Below, piece by piece: positions 20,125 through 30,986 of a stretch of 59,173 nt of DNA. Source of the stretch: an uncultured Bdellovibrionales bacterium (GTDB lineage Bacteria; Patescibacteriota; Minisyncoccia; Moranbacterales; DUUL01); NCBI GenBank assembly GCA_964505305.1, contig CAZDHE010000002.1:1-59173 (forward strand), written 5' to 3'. How positions within the stretch are numbered: position 1 is the first letter of the stretch; the number at the start of each line of letters is the position of its first letter. The notes under the pieces are model-generated. The model was given only the letters and a program-made list of their open reading frames with translations. It did not search any database and had not been told where the DNA came from. The position numbers were made by a program, and so were the translations under genes.

Positions 20125-21555
20125 CTAAGCATTTTCAAAAGCTGCGGCGGCGTTTAACAATTCTTGTTCTTGCCACCACTTGCCGATCAATTGCATTCCC
20201 ACAGGAAGTTTGGCTTCTTTTTTTTCTACAAATCCTCCATTTATAGAGATAGCCGGAAGCATAGCCGCATTAACCGGAACTGTGAAAATATCAGCTAAAT
20301 ACATATCCAGCGGATTCTTGGTTTTCTCTCCAAGTTTGAAAGGTTCTACCGGACTGGTGGGGGAAATTATCAAATCCACTTCCCTAAAAGCTTCTTTAAA
20401 ATCATTTTTAATCAATTCCCTGACTTTCTGAGCTTTTTTGTAGTAAGCGTCCTTGTAACCGGCTGATAAAGAATAAGTTCCCAAGATAATTCTTCTTTTA
20501 ACTTCAGCTCCGAGTCCTTCTTTCCTGGAATTAAAATAAACATCCATAATATTTCTATTGACTGAGCTCCCGGTAACTGGGTCGCTGTAGCCGTACTTAA
20601 TACCGTCAAATCGAGCTAAATTTGAACTAACTTCCGAGGGCATCATCAAATAATAAACTGCCAAAGAGTACTTTATATTGGGCAAAGAGATTTTTTTAAT
20701 CTCCGCTCCCTGTTTCTTGGCCCAATCAATCTTTTCTTGAATAATCATTCTAATTTCTTTGTTTAACTCTTCGCCAAAAAATTCTTCGGGCACACCAATT
20801 TTTTTATCTTTTATTTGCGGCTGCAAATTTTCCGCAAAACCGGTTCCGCTTTCGATAGTAGTGTTATCCTTGGAATCCTTGCCGCAAATACTGTCCAAGA
20901 CAATAGCGGCATCTTCCACGCTTTGGGTTATCGGACCTATTTGATCATAACTGGAGGCCATCGCTATCAAACCGCTTCTAGAAACTCTCCCGTAAGTAGG
21001 TTTAAGGCCAACTACTCCGCAAAAACTGGCTGGCTGGCGAATCGAGCCGCCTGTATCCGAACCCAACGCCCAAACAGCCTGGCCGTCACCAACCGCCGCC
21101 GCTGATCCACCAGATGATCCGCCGGGAACCCGGCTTTCATCCCAAGGGTTTTTCGTTTCCCCAAAAGCTGAATTTTCAGTAGAAGAGCCCATAGCAAATT
21201 CGTCCATATTAGTTTTTCCCAAAAAAACGCAGCCTTCTTTTTTAAGTTTTTTAACCACAAAAGCATCATAAGTAGCTTGATATTTTTCCAAAATTCTTGA
21301 ACCGGCGGTAGTTGTTTTTCCTTGAACACAAAGATTATCTTTCAAGGCAAAAGGGATTCCTTCCAACAAATCAATTTCTTCTCCCTTGGAAATTTTATCG
21401 TCCGTTTTTCGAGCCGACTGCAAAGCTTCTTCTTCATAAACATCCAAGAAAGCATTGATATTTTTCCTCTCTCTAATTTTCTGAAGGTATTTTTTTGTTA
21501 GATCTTCCGCAGAAATCTCCCCCCGACTAATTTTTTTATGCAGCTCTTTTATCAT
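20125..21555 (-). CDS. gatA: Asp/Glu-tRNA amidotransferase subunit A
   Basis: LKDN, GKTNMDEFAMGSSTE, PGGSSGGSAAAV, GSDTGGSIRQPAS amidase signature. Confidence 0.96.
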   Translation of the reverse strand: MIKELHKKISRGEISAEDLTKKYLQKIRERKNINAFLDVYEEEALQSARKTDDKISKGEEIDLLEGIPFALKDNLCVQGKTTTAGSRILEKYQATYDAFVVKKLKKEGCVFLGKTNMDEFAMGSSTENSAFGETKNPWDESRVPGGSSGGSAAAVGDGQAVWALGSDTGGSIRQPASFCGVVGLKPTYGRVSRSGLIAMASSYDQIGPITQSVEDAAIVLDSICGKDSKDNTTIESGTGFAENLQPQIKDKKIGVPEEFFGEELNKEIRMIIQEKIDWAKKQGAEIKKISLPNIKYSLAVYYLMMPSEVSSNLARFDGIKYGYSDPVTGSSVNRNIMDVYFNSRKEGLGAEVKRRIILGTYSLSAGYKDAYYKKAQKVRELIKNDFKEAFREVDLIISPTSPVEPFKLGEKTKNPLDMYLADIFTVPVNAAMLPAISINGGFVEKKEAKLPVGMQLIGKWWQEQELLNAAAAFENA

Positions 21556-21937
21556 AACTCTTTATCTACATAAGCTCTACCGATTTAGCAGCGCTTAATG
21601 TGGAATTTTTATATTTTTAAAAATAATAAGCAATTAACAGCAGCCGGCCATAGCCCGAGCTCTTCCCCTATCTTTCCCTGTTTTAGTAATTTTTATTAAA
21701 ATAATTATTCCTCATTCTAACTAACAAACTTGAGCAAGACTCATTCGCTCCAAAAACTCAAGATCAATAACTCCTAAATAGGTTCACAACAGCAGAGGAC
21801 ATAACTTTCTACTTTTAATTTCCAACTCTTAGATTCCACGCCTTCTTTGTTCTTTATATGCTTTCGCCTTTTTTGCTTTCTTAACTTAATCCGACTTTTG
21901 TCTTTTTGCCGTTTATCCCTCTTCCAAAACAGCGCCT

Positions 21938-23245
21938 TTAATAATCCCTTAACTTATTAGTGTTCTTCATCGATCTTATTTTCTCTAAAGCCTTGGCTTC
22001 AATTTGACGAATTCTTTCTCTGGTAACCCCAAATTCGTTTCCCACCTCTTCTAAGGTGTGAACCACGCCATCATCCAAACCAAATCTAATCCGAAGAATT
22101 TTTTGCTCTCGAGAGGTAAGTTGATCCAGAATCTCATTAAGATGCTGTTTCAAAAGCGTTCGAGAGGCAATTTGATGAGGCATTATAGAGTCAGTATCTT
22201 CTATAAAATCGCTCAAAACACTCTCGCTATCATCATCTCCTATGGAGGTCTCCAGAGAAATCGTCTCCTGGGAAACTTTAATAACTTGACGAACTTTTTT
22301 GACATCCAAATTCATTTCAGCCGCTATTTCTTCCGGCAAAGGTTCTCTCCCAAGCTCCTGAACCAAGCTTCTTACCACTTGAATATATTTATTAATAGTT
22401 TCCACCATATGAACCGGAATTCGAATAGTTCTGGACTGATCGGCAATCGCTCTGGTAATAGCCTGTCTGATCCACCAAGTTGCATAAGTAGAAAACTTAT
22501 AACCCTTGCGATAATCAAATTTATCCACCGCCCTGAATAAGCCGATATTTCCCTCTTGAATAAGATCCAAGAAAGACAAACTGTGGCTTCTTCCCACGTA
22601 TTTTTTGGCAATAGAAACCACTAAACGCAAATTAGCCTCCGTCAAACGCTGCTTAGCCCGATAATCACCCTTTTCAGATGCCTTAGCCAACGACACCTCT
22701 TCTTCAGAGCTCAGCAAATCAACTTTTCCTATCTCCCTAAGGTAAATCTGAATGGAATCGGAATCCTGAAAATCATTAACCTCCTCCTTTTTTTTCTTTT
22801 TTTTCTCTGTTTGATTTTTTTGACTCTTCTTTTCTTTCTCTTTTTCAGTTTCTCTTTCTATCTCATCCTTTAAAACTTCATCGGAAGAAATAACTCGCAC
22901 ACCTTCTTTATCCGCTTTATCATAAAGCTCTTCCAGCTTATCCAAATTTTCTTCAATATTACCCAACTCATGCAAAATCTCTTCCTCAGTAACAAAACCT
23001 CTTTGACGGCCCTTTCTAAGCAAATTTTTTATTTTGGGATCTTTAGATTCTACAAACGGAGTTCTGGGCTTCGTTTCTTTCTTAACTGTCTTTCCGTCTT
23101 CTTTTTTTGAATTTTTTTTACTTGAATCGGAAAATGATTCTTGAGAAGATTTCGAAAAATCCCGTTCTTTTTTTGAAAGGGCTTTTCTTTTGTCCTTGTT
23201 TTTTGAAGATTCTTTTTTGGAAGAATCCGATTCAACTTTCATCAT
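21938..23245 (-). CDS. rpoD: Primary RNA polymerase sigma-70 factor
   Basis: [67 protein letters not shown]. Confidence 0.97.
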   Translation of the reverse strand: MMKVESDSSKKESSKNKDKRKALSKKERDFSKSSQESFSDSSKKNSKKEDGKTVKKETKPRTPFVESKDPKIKNLLRKGRQRGFVTEEEILHELGNIEENLDKLEELYDKADKEGVRVISSDEVLKDEIERETEKEKEKKSQKNQTEKKKKKKEEVNDFQDSDSIQIYLREIGKVDLLSSEEEVSLAKASEKGDYRAKQRLTEANLRLVVSIAKKYVGRSHSLSFLDLIQEGNIGLFRAVDKFDYRKGYKFSTYATWWIRQAITRAIADQSRTIRIPVHMVETINKYIQVVRSLVQELGREPLPEEIAAEMNLDVKKVRQVIKVSQETISLETSIGDDDSESVLSDFIEDTDSIMPHQIASRTLLKQHLNEILDQLTSREQKILRIRFGLDDGVVHTLEEVGNEFGVTRERIRQIEAKALEKIRSMKNTNKLRDY

Positions 23246-23587
23246 AATTTAAAAATATTAAGTTTAATGAGCTTATTTTGTTCCAATTCCTTGAAATTAA
23301 TAAGCCCTAAGTAAAAATGTCGCCTCAATTAGTTAAAATTAAAAAGTGAATTTATATTTATTTTTAAATCGAAGCGGCTCAAAGTTATCTTTATCTCATT
23401 TATTCATTATTCATAAAATTTTAGTGAAAATAACTCCTTGAAAACAATGCTTTTCTTAAAATCCGAAACATTTGAATAAGCGCCAATAAATATAATCTTC
23501 TCAAATCAAAAAACCATAAAATCCTCTTTAATAAAAATAAGAAGCAATTCCCCGGCAACTCCCGAATCTTAACAACATTTAAAGATC

Positions 23588-25381
23588 TTATTCTTGAATT
23601 TCCTTGGAAAGCTTGTTAAAGTTTTCCAACAAAAAATTGAGCCCTTCTTCATCTCCCTCTTCTTCGGCCCTTTTGATATCCCAAACAATTTCCTTCAATT
23701 GTTTTTTCTTCTTTTCCCTGGCCAACTCTTTAATAATATTATCCCACTCCACTAAAGGATCTATCTCCATTTCCAAAAAACCCTTTCCCGAGTCGTATTC
23801 ATATTTTACGCGAGTTTCATATTGATCAATAACTCCGGAGGCGTCTTTTTCTTTCCCCGATTTTAATTTTTCCCATAAAGCCAAATATCTTTCCTCTAAA
23901 AGACTTTCATCAAATTCTTGGCTTTTTTTAATCAACTGGTCTCGATATAGGCTAAAAACCCCCAGCAGCCTCTCTTGCAGCCGCTGTAGCTTGCTTTTGG
24001 ATCGTTCTTGAGATTTTAAGCCTTCCCCGGAAGATCCATTCTCATTCCTGTCCGTATTTTGTGTGGCTATATTTTTTACTTTAACCTTTTCTAAAACTTG
24101 CGTCAATGTATCTTCTTCCACCCGAATACTATCGGACAGCTTTCTAAGCCAATAACTCTGCTCAATAGGGTCGGCAATATACTTAATAATGTTCAAAAGC
24201 TCGTGAGCTATCAATCTTTTCCCTTGCGGAGAATTACAATCATGCTTGTTCATTATGGCGGAAAAGAAATATTCCATCACGGGATAAGAATTCTCTACCG
24301 CTTCCGCCCAAAGATTTTTATCTTTAATAGTCAGCTCATTTACATCTTTAAACCCTTTCGGCAAGATAATCACCTCGGTCTCCATTTCATTTTCCAGGCA
24401 AGTTTGGGCGCTTTTGGCTACCGCGTTTTGACCGGCTTCGTCCATATCAAAACATAATTTAATGTTTTGAGTGTATCTTTTTAAAATATTTACTTGCTGA
24501 GAAGTTAAGGCTGTTCCGGACACCGCCACAATGTTCTCCAGGCCGGCTCCAAAAGAAGCAATCACGTCCATATTGCCCTCTACTACAACAACAAAACCTT
24601 GTCTCTTGATTTCAGTCTTGGCCAAGTTGAGTCCGTACAAAACATTACTTTTGTCGTAAATATGAGTTTGGGGTGTATTGATATATTTAGCTGTTTTTTC
24701 ATCACCGCCGGGCATAACTCGAGCCGAATGACCAACAACCTTTCCCATTGGATCAAGAATGGGAAAGGTTATCCTTCCCCTAAAACGATCATAATAGTCG
24801 CCCTTGCTACCTCCCGAAGTATTTTCTTTTTGCACCAACAAACCGGTTTTGGCAATATCGACAATATCATAACCCTGATTTAACAAAAAATCCAACAAAT
24901 AACTCCACCCCTCCGGAGCCAAACCGATACGAAAGTTTTCTATTTGCTTTTGCGGTATAGATCTTTCCAAAAGATATTTTCGAGCTTTTTCACCGGAGGA
25001 AGACTTTCCAAATTGAGCCTCAAAAAATCTATTAGCTACCTCCATAATTTCATAAAGAACTTCTTTTTTATTCTTCTCCTGAATATTGGCTTTTTGAAAC
25101 CTGGGAACCTCTACTCCGGCTCTTTCGGCTAATCTTTTTAAAGCTTCCGGGAATTCCAATCCTTCCATTTCCATTACAAAGGTAAAAATGTCGCCTCCTT
25201 TTTGACACCCGAAGCAATACCAGAAATTCCTTTCCGGATTAACCATAAAAGAAGGAGTTTTTTCATTGTGAAAAGGACATAAGGCCTTATAATTGGTTCC
25301 CGCTTTTTCCAACTTCAAATACTCGCCGACAAAATCGGCCACGTTTAAACGTTCCTTAATTTGATCCGTTACATCCGACAT
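23588..25381 (-). CDS. dnaG: DNA primase
   Basis: CPFHNEKTPSF...CFGC zinc finger, RFRGRITFP, KYINTP, TOPRIM VEGNMDV / DMDEAG. Confidence 0.97.
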   Translation of the reverse strand: MSDVTDQIKERLNVADFVGEYLKLEKAGTNYKALCPFHNEKTPSFMVNPERNFWYCFGCQKGGDIFTFVMEMEGLEFPEALKRLAERAGVEVPRFQKANIQEKNKKEVLYEIMEVANRFFEAQFGKSSSGEKARKYLLERSIPQKQIENFRIGLAPEGWSYLLDFLLNQGYDIVDIAKTGLLVQKENTSGGSKGDYYDRFRGRITFPILDPMGKVVGHSARVMPGGDEKTAKYINTPQTHIYDKSNVLYGLNLAKTEIKRQGFVVVVEGNMDVIASFGAGLENIVAVSGTALTSQQVNILKRYTQNIKLCFDMDEAGQNAVAKSAQTCLENEMETEVIILPKGFKDVNELTIKDKNLWAEAVENSYPVMEYFFSAIMNKHDCNSPQGKRLIAHELLNIIKYIADPIEQSYWLRKLSDSIRVEEDTLTQVLEKVKVKNIATQNTDRNENGSSGEGLKSQERSKSKLQRLQERLLGVFSLYRDQLIKKSQEFDESLLEERYLALWEKLKSGKEKDASGVIDQYETRVKYEYDSGKGFLEMEIDPLVEWDNIIKELAREKKKKQLKEIVWDIKRAEEEGDEEGLNFLLENFNKLSKEIQE

Positions 25382-25576
25382 TAAGTGAAACTTATTTTAT
25401 TTATAACAAAAGAAAAAATGCCTCAGTTATTCCCAGACTTAAAACGCTTCTGCATTTACTCTATGCTTAAATAATACCACGATAATAGCAATACCGCAAA
25501 CAATAAAATAAAAATTCAATCAAGTTCGGCGTACGGACTTTTAAGCAAACTATTTTGGAGTTACAAAAGAATAAAA

Positions 25577-25744
25577 CTATTCTTTTGCCTCTTTAATTAC
25601 TATCTTATTGCCCTGCAATTCCACTTCCAACTTTTGTTTATCTTTCCAATTGAACTTCCTAACTATCTCCCTGGGAATAGTTACGCCGAAACTATCACCA
25701 GTCTTAAACATTTTTCTTGTCTTTTTTTGAATCAATTTATTCAT
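25577..25744 (-). CDS. AbrB/MazE/SpoVT-family small DNA-binding protein (55 aa, not in ORF track)
   Basis: Manual translation MNKLIQKKTRKMFKTGDSFGVTIPREIVRKFNWKDKQKLEVELQGNKIVIKEAKE; G.S.GVTIP swapped-hairpin motif. Confidence 0.8.
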   Translation of the reverse strand: MNKLIQKKTRKMFKTGDSFGVTIPREIVRKFNWKDKQKLEVELQGNKIVIKEAKE

Positions 25745-25979
25745 AATGACTAATATATTTAAATTTAATTAAACCCTGTTATTAAAACAACAAAATTGTA
25801 CATATAAAGTAAGAAACCCGAAACCCTTTATTTCTTATTGCATTTTTTTGTGTGGCAAAAAAACTCGCTTGATTTATCACTTGTAGTGAAATAATTTTGG
25901 GTATATACTCATAATAAATAGTAGGTCTCTTTTATTTAATTATTAAACAATCTTATGCTTACTTTACTACGGAAAGGGG

Positions 25980-26225
25980 GTGATTATTATGCCACGATTT
26001 GACGGAACCGGTCCAAGCGGTATGGGGCCCGGCTCGGGAAGAGGAATGGGTCCTTGCGGCGGCGGATTCGGATGGGGACGCGGAAGAGGATTTGGAAATG
26101 GAAGAAGATTTTTCTCACGCAACAACGAACTAAAAGCGCTGGAAGAAGAAAAAGAAATGCTCAAAGAAGAACTGGAAACTATTAAAGAAGAAATTGAAGC
26201 GCTTAGAAAGCAAAAGGAAGAGTGA
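25980..26225 (+). CDS. DUF5320-like glycine-rich small protein (start probably 25989)
   Basis: MPRFDGTGPSGMGPGSGRGMGPC, G-R-rich middle, C-terminal coiled coil. Confidence 0.85.
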   Translation: MIIMPRFDGTGPSGMGPGSGRGMGPCGGGFGWGRGRGFGNGRRFFSRNNELKALEEEKEMLKEELETIKEEIEALRKQKEE

Positions 26226-26233
26226 CAAAACCT

Positions 26234-26267
26234 ATTCCCCGCTTGAAAAAACGGGGAATGGTTTTTT
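26234..26267 (+). terminator. Intrinsic terminator
   Basis: attccccg/cggggaat stem followed by a T run. Confidence 0.65.
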
Positions 26268-26397
26268 CATAATTTTTTACCATACAACGAATCAGATCTC
26301 CAAGTTCTCTGAGATTATGCAAATAGCGTTTAAAACAATACTTTTAAAAACTTTTAAGATAAATTAAGCCTGAAAGTTAACCAATGAAAATTTTTTT

Positions 26398-26673
26398 ATG
26401 CCAAGACCAAGAAGATGCCGGAGGATTAAATTCCGCCCTAGAGTAAGTTACTTTAAGCCCCGAGGTGTTCCCATAAGAGAGTTAGAGGTTGTTATTCTAT
26501 CCCGAGAAGAAGTCGAGGCCTTAAGGCTCAAAGATCTACTTAATATGAATCAAGTGGAATGCGCTAAAAGCATGAATACTTCCCGGAGCACTTTTCAGAG
26601 AATTGTCTTTGGCGCCAGAAAAAAAATCTCCCAAGCAATCATTCAAGGAAAAGCTCTTGAAATAGAAGAATAG
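26398..26673 (+). CDS. DUF134-family HTH DNA-binding protein
   Basis: MPRPRRCRRI, YFKPRG, EVEALRLKDL..MNQVECAKSMNTSRSTFQRI...ARKKI. Confidence 0.9.
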   Translation: MPRPRRCRRIKFRPRVSYFKPRGVPIRELEVVILSREEVEALRLKDLLNMNQVECAKSMNTSRSTFQRIVFGARKKISQAIIQGKALEIEE

Positions 26674-26817
26674 AGAGAGCAAGCCGGGAAGAAAAATAGG
26701 ATGAGAGCGGAATAGATAAAACCTCAACAACTCTACTCGCCGTCTATTTTCGTAATTATTGCGATAGTTATTTTCGTAATCATCACAGCAGTCGCTATGA
26801 CGCTTGAAGCATTAAAA

Positions 26818-27375
26818 TCAAGCGAAAAATAAACTCACCCAAAAAACAAAAAAGATATTGCCGGCCCAGGCAAACAAGAAAAATTTCTTAAAATCATAAC
26901 CCGCCATTCCAAGTGGAATTACTATAATATCATTAGGCAAGGGAGCAAAAGAAAAATACAAAAATACAAAACTCCGCACCATCCAAAGAGATTTACTCTC
27001 AATAAAGTCGGAGAATTTTTTGATCCACTTTTTTAAAAAGGGACGAGCGACTTCTCCGCCTTTCCTGCCGAGATAATAAAAAAATGAATCCCCCAAAAAT
27101 AAAGCGGATCCTCCTATTAGTCCCAACAAAAAAGGATTTAAACCGCCCATGGCAAAAGAAATCAAAACAGCCAAAAAACCCGAAGCCGTAAGTCCGGAAA
27201 GCCCGCCCGAAGCTCCCGCCAGAGCGACAAGCAAATATCCATTAGTTACTCCGACTTTCTCAACTAAATTATCTATCCCCGTCTTATGCACAAAAAGGGT
27301 CCAGCCTATCAAAAAAACCAGCAAAAGCAAAAAGATGAGAAAATTCTTTAAAAAATCGGCATTGAATCTTTTCAT
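26818..27375 (-). CDS. DedA/VTT-domain membrane protein
   Basis: Multiple TM helices; GDSFFYYLGRKG, FAPLPNDII, GMAGYDFKKF. Confidence 0.8.
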   Translation of the reverse strand: MKRFNADFLKNFLIFLLLLVFLIGWTLFVHKTGIDNLVEKVGVTNGYLLVALAGASGGLSGLTASGFLAVLISFAMGGLNPFLLGLIGGSALFLGDSFFYYLGRKGGEVARPFLKKWIKKFSDFIESKSLWMVRSFVFLYFSFAPLPNDIIVIPLGMAGYDFKKFFLFAWAGNIFFVFWVSLFFA

Positions 27376-27483
27376 AGTTGAAAATATTTTAGCGATTTAA
27401 AGCACAATGAAAGCTTCCTGTTTAAAAATTGTAATAGATAAAACAAGAAATTAATTAATATTAATATATCTAAAAAATAAATT

Positions 27484-27768
27484 ATGGAAGCAGTAAAAAT
27501 ATCCAATTCAGGAAAAAAGGGATGCGAAAAAGTTATAGTAGACAAGCTCCGCGAAATTGAAGCCAAAAACATAGAAGTAGATTTGGATAACGGTGTTGTT
27601 TTATTTGAAGGAGACAGAAAAAGGGTTGCAATCGCCCTTGAGAAAAGCGGTCACCCTGAAGAAGGAATCTTAAGGATGCACAATAAATTTATTCAAGCCA
27701 AAATAAATTTTAGATGCTTCTTGCAAAGAACCTTTTTAAATAAAATAAAAGCAAAATCTTCCAAATAA
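27484..27768 (+). CDS. Degenerate heavy-metal-associated (HMA)-like domain protein
   Basis: KGCEKVIVDKL..IEAKNIEVDLDNGVV...ALEKSGHPEEG resembles an HMA fold, but only one Cys of CxxC remains. Confidence 0.5.
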   Translation: MEAVKISNSGKKGCEKVIVDKLREIEAKNIEVDLDNGVVLFEGDRKRVAIALEKSGHPEEGILRMHNKFIQAKINFRCFLQRTFLNKIKAKSSK

Positions 27769-27908
27769 AAGCAAAAAATGGAGTAAGTTTTTTTAAAAAA
27801 ACATCTACTTAAAAAAATACTATCATATAACGTAATAACGTAATATGGTAGTAAAAATTTTAGACTATGTAAAGATGCGCTCTATTGCAATTCCGGTCTT
27901 TATTTTTT

Positions 27909-28223
27909 CTATCTTAATCCCAATTGACTCTTAAGCTGCTCGGCTTCTTGCTTGCTCATTTGGCCGTCTTTAACTGCGTCATCCAGTTGTTTTAAAATTT
28001 TATCTTTTTCTTTATACAACGTCTGTGGATCCATCATTTGTCTAAGAGCCTCTTCTTTTTTAGATTTAGGCATTTTCTTAAACAGTTTCAACGCCCATTT
28101 TTCTTTTTTGGAAAGCTTGGATTGATCTACTTGGTCCAACATATCATCCACTTGATCCATCGGATCATTTTTTGCCGGAGTTTCACTCTCCTCTTTTTTC
28201 TTTTTAAAGTTAAAAAAACCCAT
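27909..28223 (-). CDS. Hypothetical protein
   Basis: 104-aa helical, Q/K/M-rich ORF downstream of ftsX. Confidence 0.7.
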   Translation of the reverse strand: MGFFNFKKKKEESETPAKNDPMDQVDDMLDQVDQSKLSKKEKWALKLFKKMPKSKKEEALRQMMDPQTLYKEKDKILKQLDDAVKDGQMSKQEAEQLKSQLGLR

Positions 28224-28233
28224 AATATTAAAA

Positions 28234-29178
28234 TTATTTATTAGATTCTTGAAGGTATTTTCTAATAGCTATCACGGAACTAACAACTCCCAGCAATACT
28301 CCCAAAGAAATTTCAATTAAAATAATCCAAAACAAATTTTCCGCAAAAAAGCCATTTAAAAACTCGTTCAAATAAATTCCGCTGGAAAAAGGCATAATGG
28401 AGCCGGAAGATTCATTAAGAGCCACAAATTTCAAATACCCGAAAGTCAAAGGCAGCGCTATTATAGAAGAAATTATTCCATAAAACAAGCCCTCCCAAAT
28501 AAAAGGCATTCGAATATAGTTATTAGACGCTCCCACCAATTTCATAATTTCCACTTCTTTGCCGTAAGCGAACATAGTTATTCTTATACTGTTGAAAGTA
28601 ATTAAAACAGCGATTAAAGACAAAGTTCCTCCCAGAATAAAGCCTATTTTTTGATTAGAGTCAATCTGCCCGCTTAAACTGTCAATTATCGAATCATACT
28701 TATCATAATTAACGCTGGAAATATACTGCTGATGCTCACTACTTTTTATGGACTGGGCAATTAACTGATAATCAGAAGGATCATAAGCCTTGACACTTAA
28801 AGAAGCCTCAAAGGGATTTTCATCCAACTCCTCCATAGATTGCCGCAAAATTTCGTTATCTTGATTTTCTTTATTAAATTCTTCCAGCGCTTCTTCTCTG
28901 GAAATATAATCTATGGATTTAACCTCTCTGTATTTTTTAAACTCATCTCGAATATTCATTATTTTGGATTCGGAAGTGTCTGTCTTGAAATAAACCGAGA
29001 TACTAACCCTATCCTCAATATCCTTCAATAATAAGCTTTCCGAATAAGTAACCGCCGCCTGAATATTTATAATAAACATAGCAATCACAATAACGCTGAT
29101 AGTCAAAACAGACAACAAGCCATTGCGATAGAAATTCTGAAATCCCGTTTTGAAAGTTCTGGCCAATTTTAAAAACAT
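28234..29178 (-). CDS. ftsX: Cell division permease FtsX
   Basis: RNGLLS, ISREEAL, LDENPF, ITFNSIRITM..YGKEVEIMKLVGASNNYIRMPFIWEG; adjacent to ftsE. Confidence 0.93.
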   Translation of the reverse strand: MFLKLARTFKTGFQNFYRNGLLSVLTISVIVIAMFIINIQAAVTYSESLLLKDIEDRVSISVYFKTDTSESKIMNIRDEFKKYREVKSIDYISREEALEEFNKENQDNEILRQSMEELDENPFEASLSVKAYDPSDYQLIAQSIKSSEHQQYISSVNYDKYDSIIDSLSGQIDSNQKIGFILGGTLSLIAVLITFNSIRITMFAYGKEVEIMKLVGASNNYIRMPFIWEGLFYGIISSIIALPLTFGYLKFVALNESSGSIMPFSSGIYLNEFLNGFFAENLFWIILIEISLGVLLGVVSSVIAIRKYLQESNK

Positions 29179-29234
29179 TTTATTTGGTTTAATTATAATT
29201 TCCTAAGCTGCTTTCTTTAGAAAAATGACTCTTG

Positions 29235-29921
29235 TTAATTGGTTAAACAATACTTCCCCTTCTCGCTGTCTTTAATGATTTTTCCATCTTTCAGAACAAT
29301 CACTCTTTTACAAATTTGATCCACGATGTTTTTATCATGAGTAGCCAACAAAACAGTGGTTCCGTATTTGTTTATTTTAAGCAATGCCTGAACTATTTCC
29401 CAGCTGGCCTCCGGATCCAAATTCCCGGTCGGCTCATCCGCTACTAAAACTTTGGGCCTGTTAACCAAAGCCCTGGCAATTGCAGCTCTTTGCTGTTCTC
29501 CTCCGGAAACTTCATGGGGATATTTGTGCATTTGCTTTTCTAATCCCACAATCTCCAAAACCTGGGGAACGTCTTCTTGAATTTCATCATCCGGTTTACC
29601 GGCCACTTCCATAGCAAAAGCCACATTTTCAAATAGATTTTTTTTGGATAAAAGCTTAAAATCCTGAAAGACAACTCCTATATCCCGGCGATGATTGGGA
29701 AGATGCCTTTTTTTCAAATTAACTATGCTTTCCTTGTTAAAAACAATATCGCCGGTTGTAGGCTTTTCTTCGGCGTGCAAAAGCCTAATGAGGGTTGATT
29801 TACCCGCCCCCGACTGACCTACTATGGAAACGAATTCTTTATCGTTTATATGAAAATTAAGATCCTCCAAGGCTGTATTTTCTCCTGAATAAACTTTGGA
29901 AACATTTTTATATTCTATCAT
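29235..29921 (-). CDS. ftsE: Cell division ABC ATPase FtsE
   Basis: GQSGAGKST, GVVFQDFKLL, SGGEQQR, ADEPTGNLD. Confidence 0.95.
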   Translation of the reverse strand: MIEYKNVSKVYSGENTALEDLNFHINDKEFVSIVGQSGAGKSTLIRLLHAEEKPTTGDIVFNKESIVNLKKRHLPNHRRDIGVVFQDFKLLSKKNLFENVAFAMEVAGKPDDEIQEDVPQVLEIVGLEKQMHKYPHEVSGGEQQRAAIARALVNRPKVLVADEPTGNLDPEASWEIVQALLKINKYGTTVLLATHDKNIVDQICKRVIVLKDGKIIKDSEKGKYCLTN

Positions 29922-30166
29922 TTTGTTGTTTATATTTTAAAAAATACGACCATAACAATATTCCACCCACGTTTATTTTAAAACATTTTTTGTTTTTTTA
30001 AAAGAGCGCATTAGGTTCCACTCTTTACTAAACTAAAACAAAAATGTTTTCGCTTCATTATTTCGAAAAATCCGCTCGCGAAAATTGAGTTGACGACTGA
30101 AAAATAGCTAATCTATTCAAAAACACGCCCGGGAATACTCTAAAATAATTTAGCGCTAAAAATTAC

Positions 30167-30670
30167 CTACAATTCCCTGGAATCATAAGCCCAGTGCAAT
30201 AGCGCTTGCCTTTGTTTTTTCCGACAATCAAAATCCCCGGCTCGGCAATTTTTTTCTACTGCGGACCAATGGCGAGCAAAAGATTTCCATCTCTTGATTT
30301 GCCTTTCATCATCTTTATGTCGCCGACCCAAATAGTAACGGCAGTACCACTGAAACCAGCCCCTGGGATCATCCGGGTGAATCCAGCCTTTCCTACGCCA
30401 AACCGACAAAGGCTGGCTGGCATTAACTCCAAAATAATTTAGCTCGGGATCATGTTTTTCTGAGCACAATTTCGCTTTTTTAAACCAATTAGCCGGAAAT
30501 TCCTTCTTGGTGTCCGTCATGTATTTTCCTCCAAAAATACCCATTTCAAGCATTTCTTTGGGCGTCAAATGAGGCTTAAAGTCCGGGTGAAAATTTTTCC
30601 CCGCCGGTTCGGTCAAATAATAAACATACCCTTGCTGCATTTTGTCATTAACAAAAATTTTCTTTCTCAT
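30167..30670 (-). CDS. Conserved hypothetical Trp/Tyr-rich protein
   Basis: FKPHLTPKEMLEMGIFGGKYM, NYFGVNASQPL, DPRGWFQWYCRYYLGRRHKDDERQIKRW, RQALLHWAYD. Confidence 0.8.
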   Translation of the reverse strand: MRKKIFVNDKMQQGYVYYLTEPAGKNFHPDFKPHLTPKEMLEMGIFGGKYMTDTKKEFPANWFKKAKLCSEKHDPELNYFGVNASQPLSVWRRKGWIHPDDPRGWFQWYCRYYLGRRHKDDERQIKRWKSFARHWSAVEKNCRAGDFDCRKKQRQALLHWAYDSREL

Positions 30671-30743
30671 TTTTCTTTAAGCCCGCTGAATTACGTTTAT
30701 TCAAAACTATTATTATAAATATTCGCCTGTTTAGATAATTATA

Positions 30744-30896
30744 TAACTGATGTTACACGCATAGACTTATTATAGTTTAATATGAACGCATTTTCCAATT
30801 ACACAACAGTTTGAAGTTCGAATTCTGCAAATACTGAAGTCGAACTTCAGGGATTTTTTAAGAAAGATTGCTTCAAGAAGTGCGTAACATCAGTTA
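30744..30896. mobile_element. ~150-bp MITE/REP-like element, copy 2
   Basis: taactgatgttacac ... gcgtaacatcagtta ends; internal gaagttcgaattc and gaagtcgaacttc. Confidence 0.8.
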
Positions 30897-30986
30897 TATA
30901 AATTCAAAAATGAAACAAAAACAGGAACCAATAACGAAAGAAGGGCTTCAAAAAAGCCAAAAAGAGGGCTTCAAAAAAAATTTAAA

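Noticed and set aside
21556-21937. gatC upstream of gatA
   Set aside because: No suitable ORF; gatB/gatC are presumably elsewhere, so this was not treated as novel.
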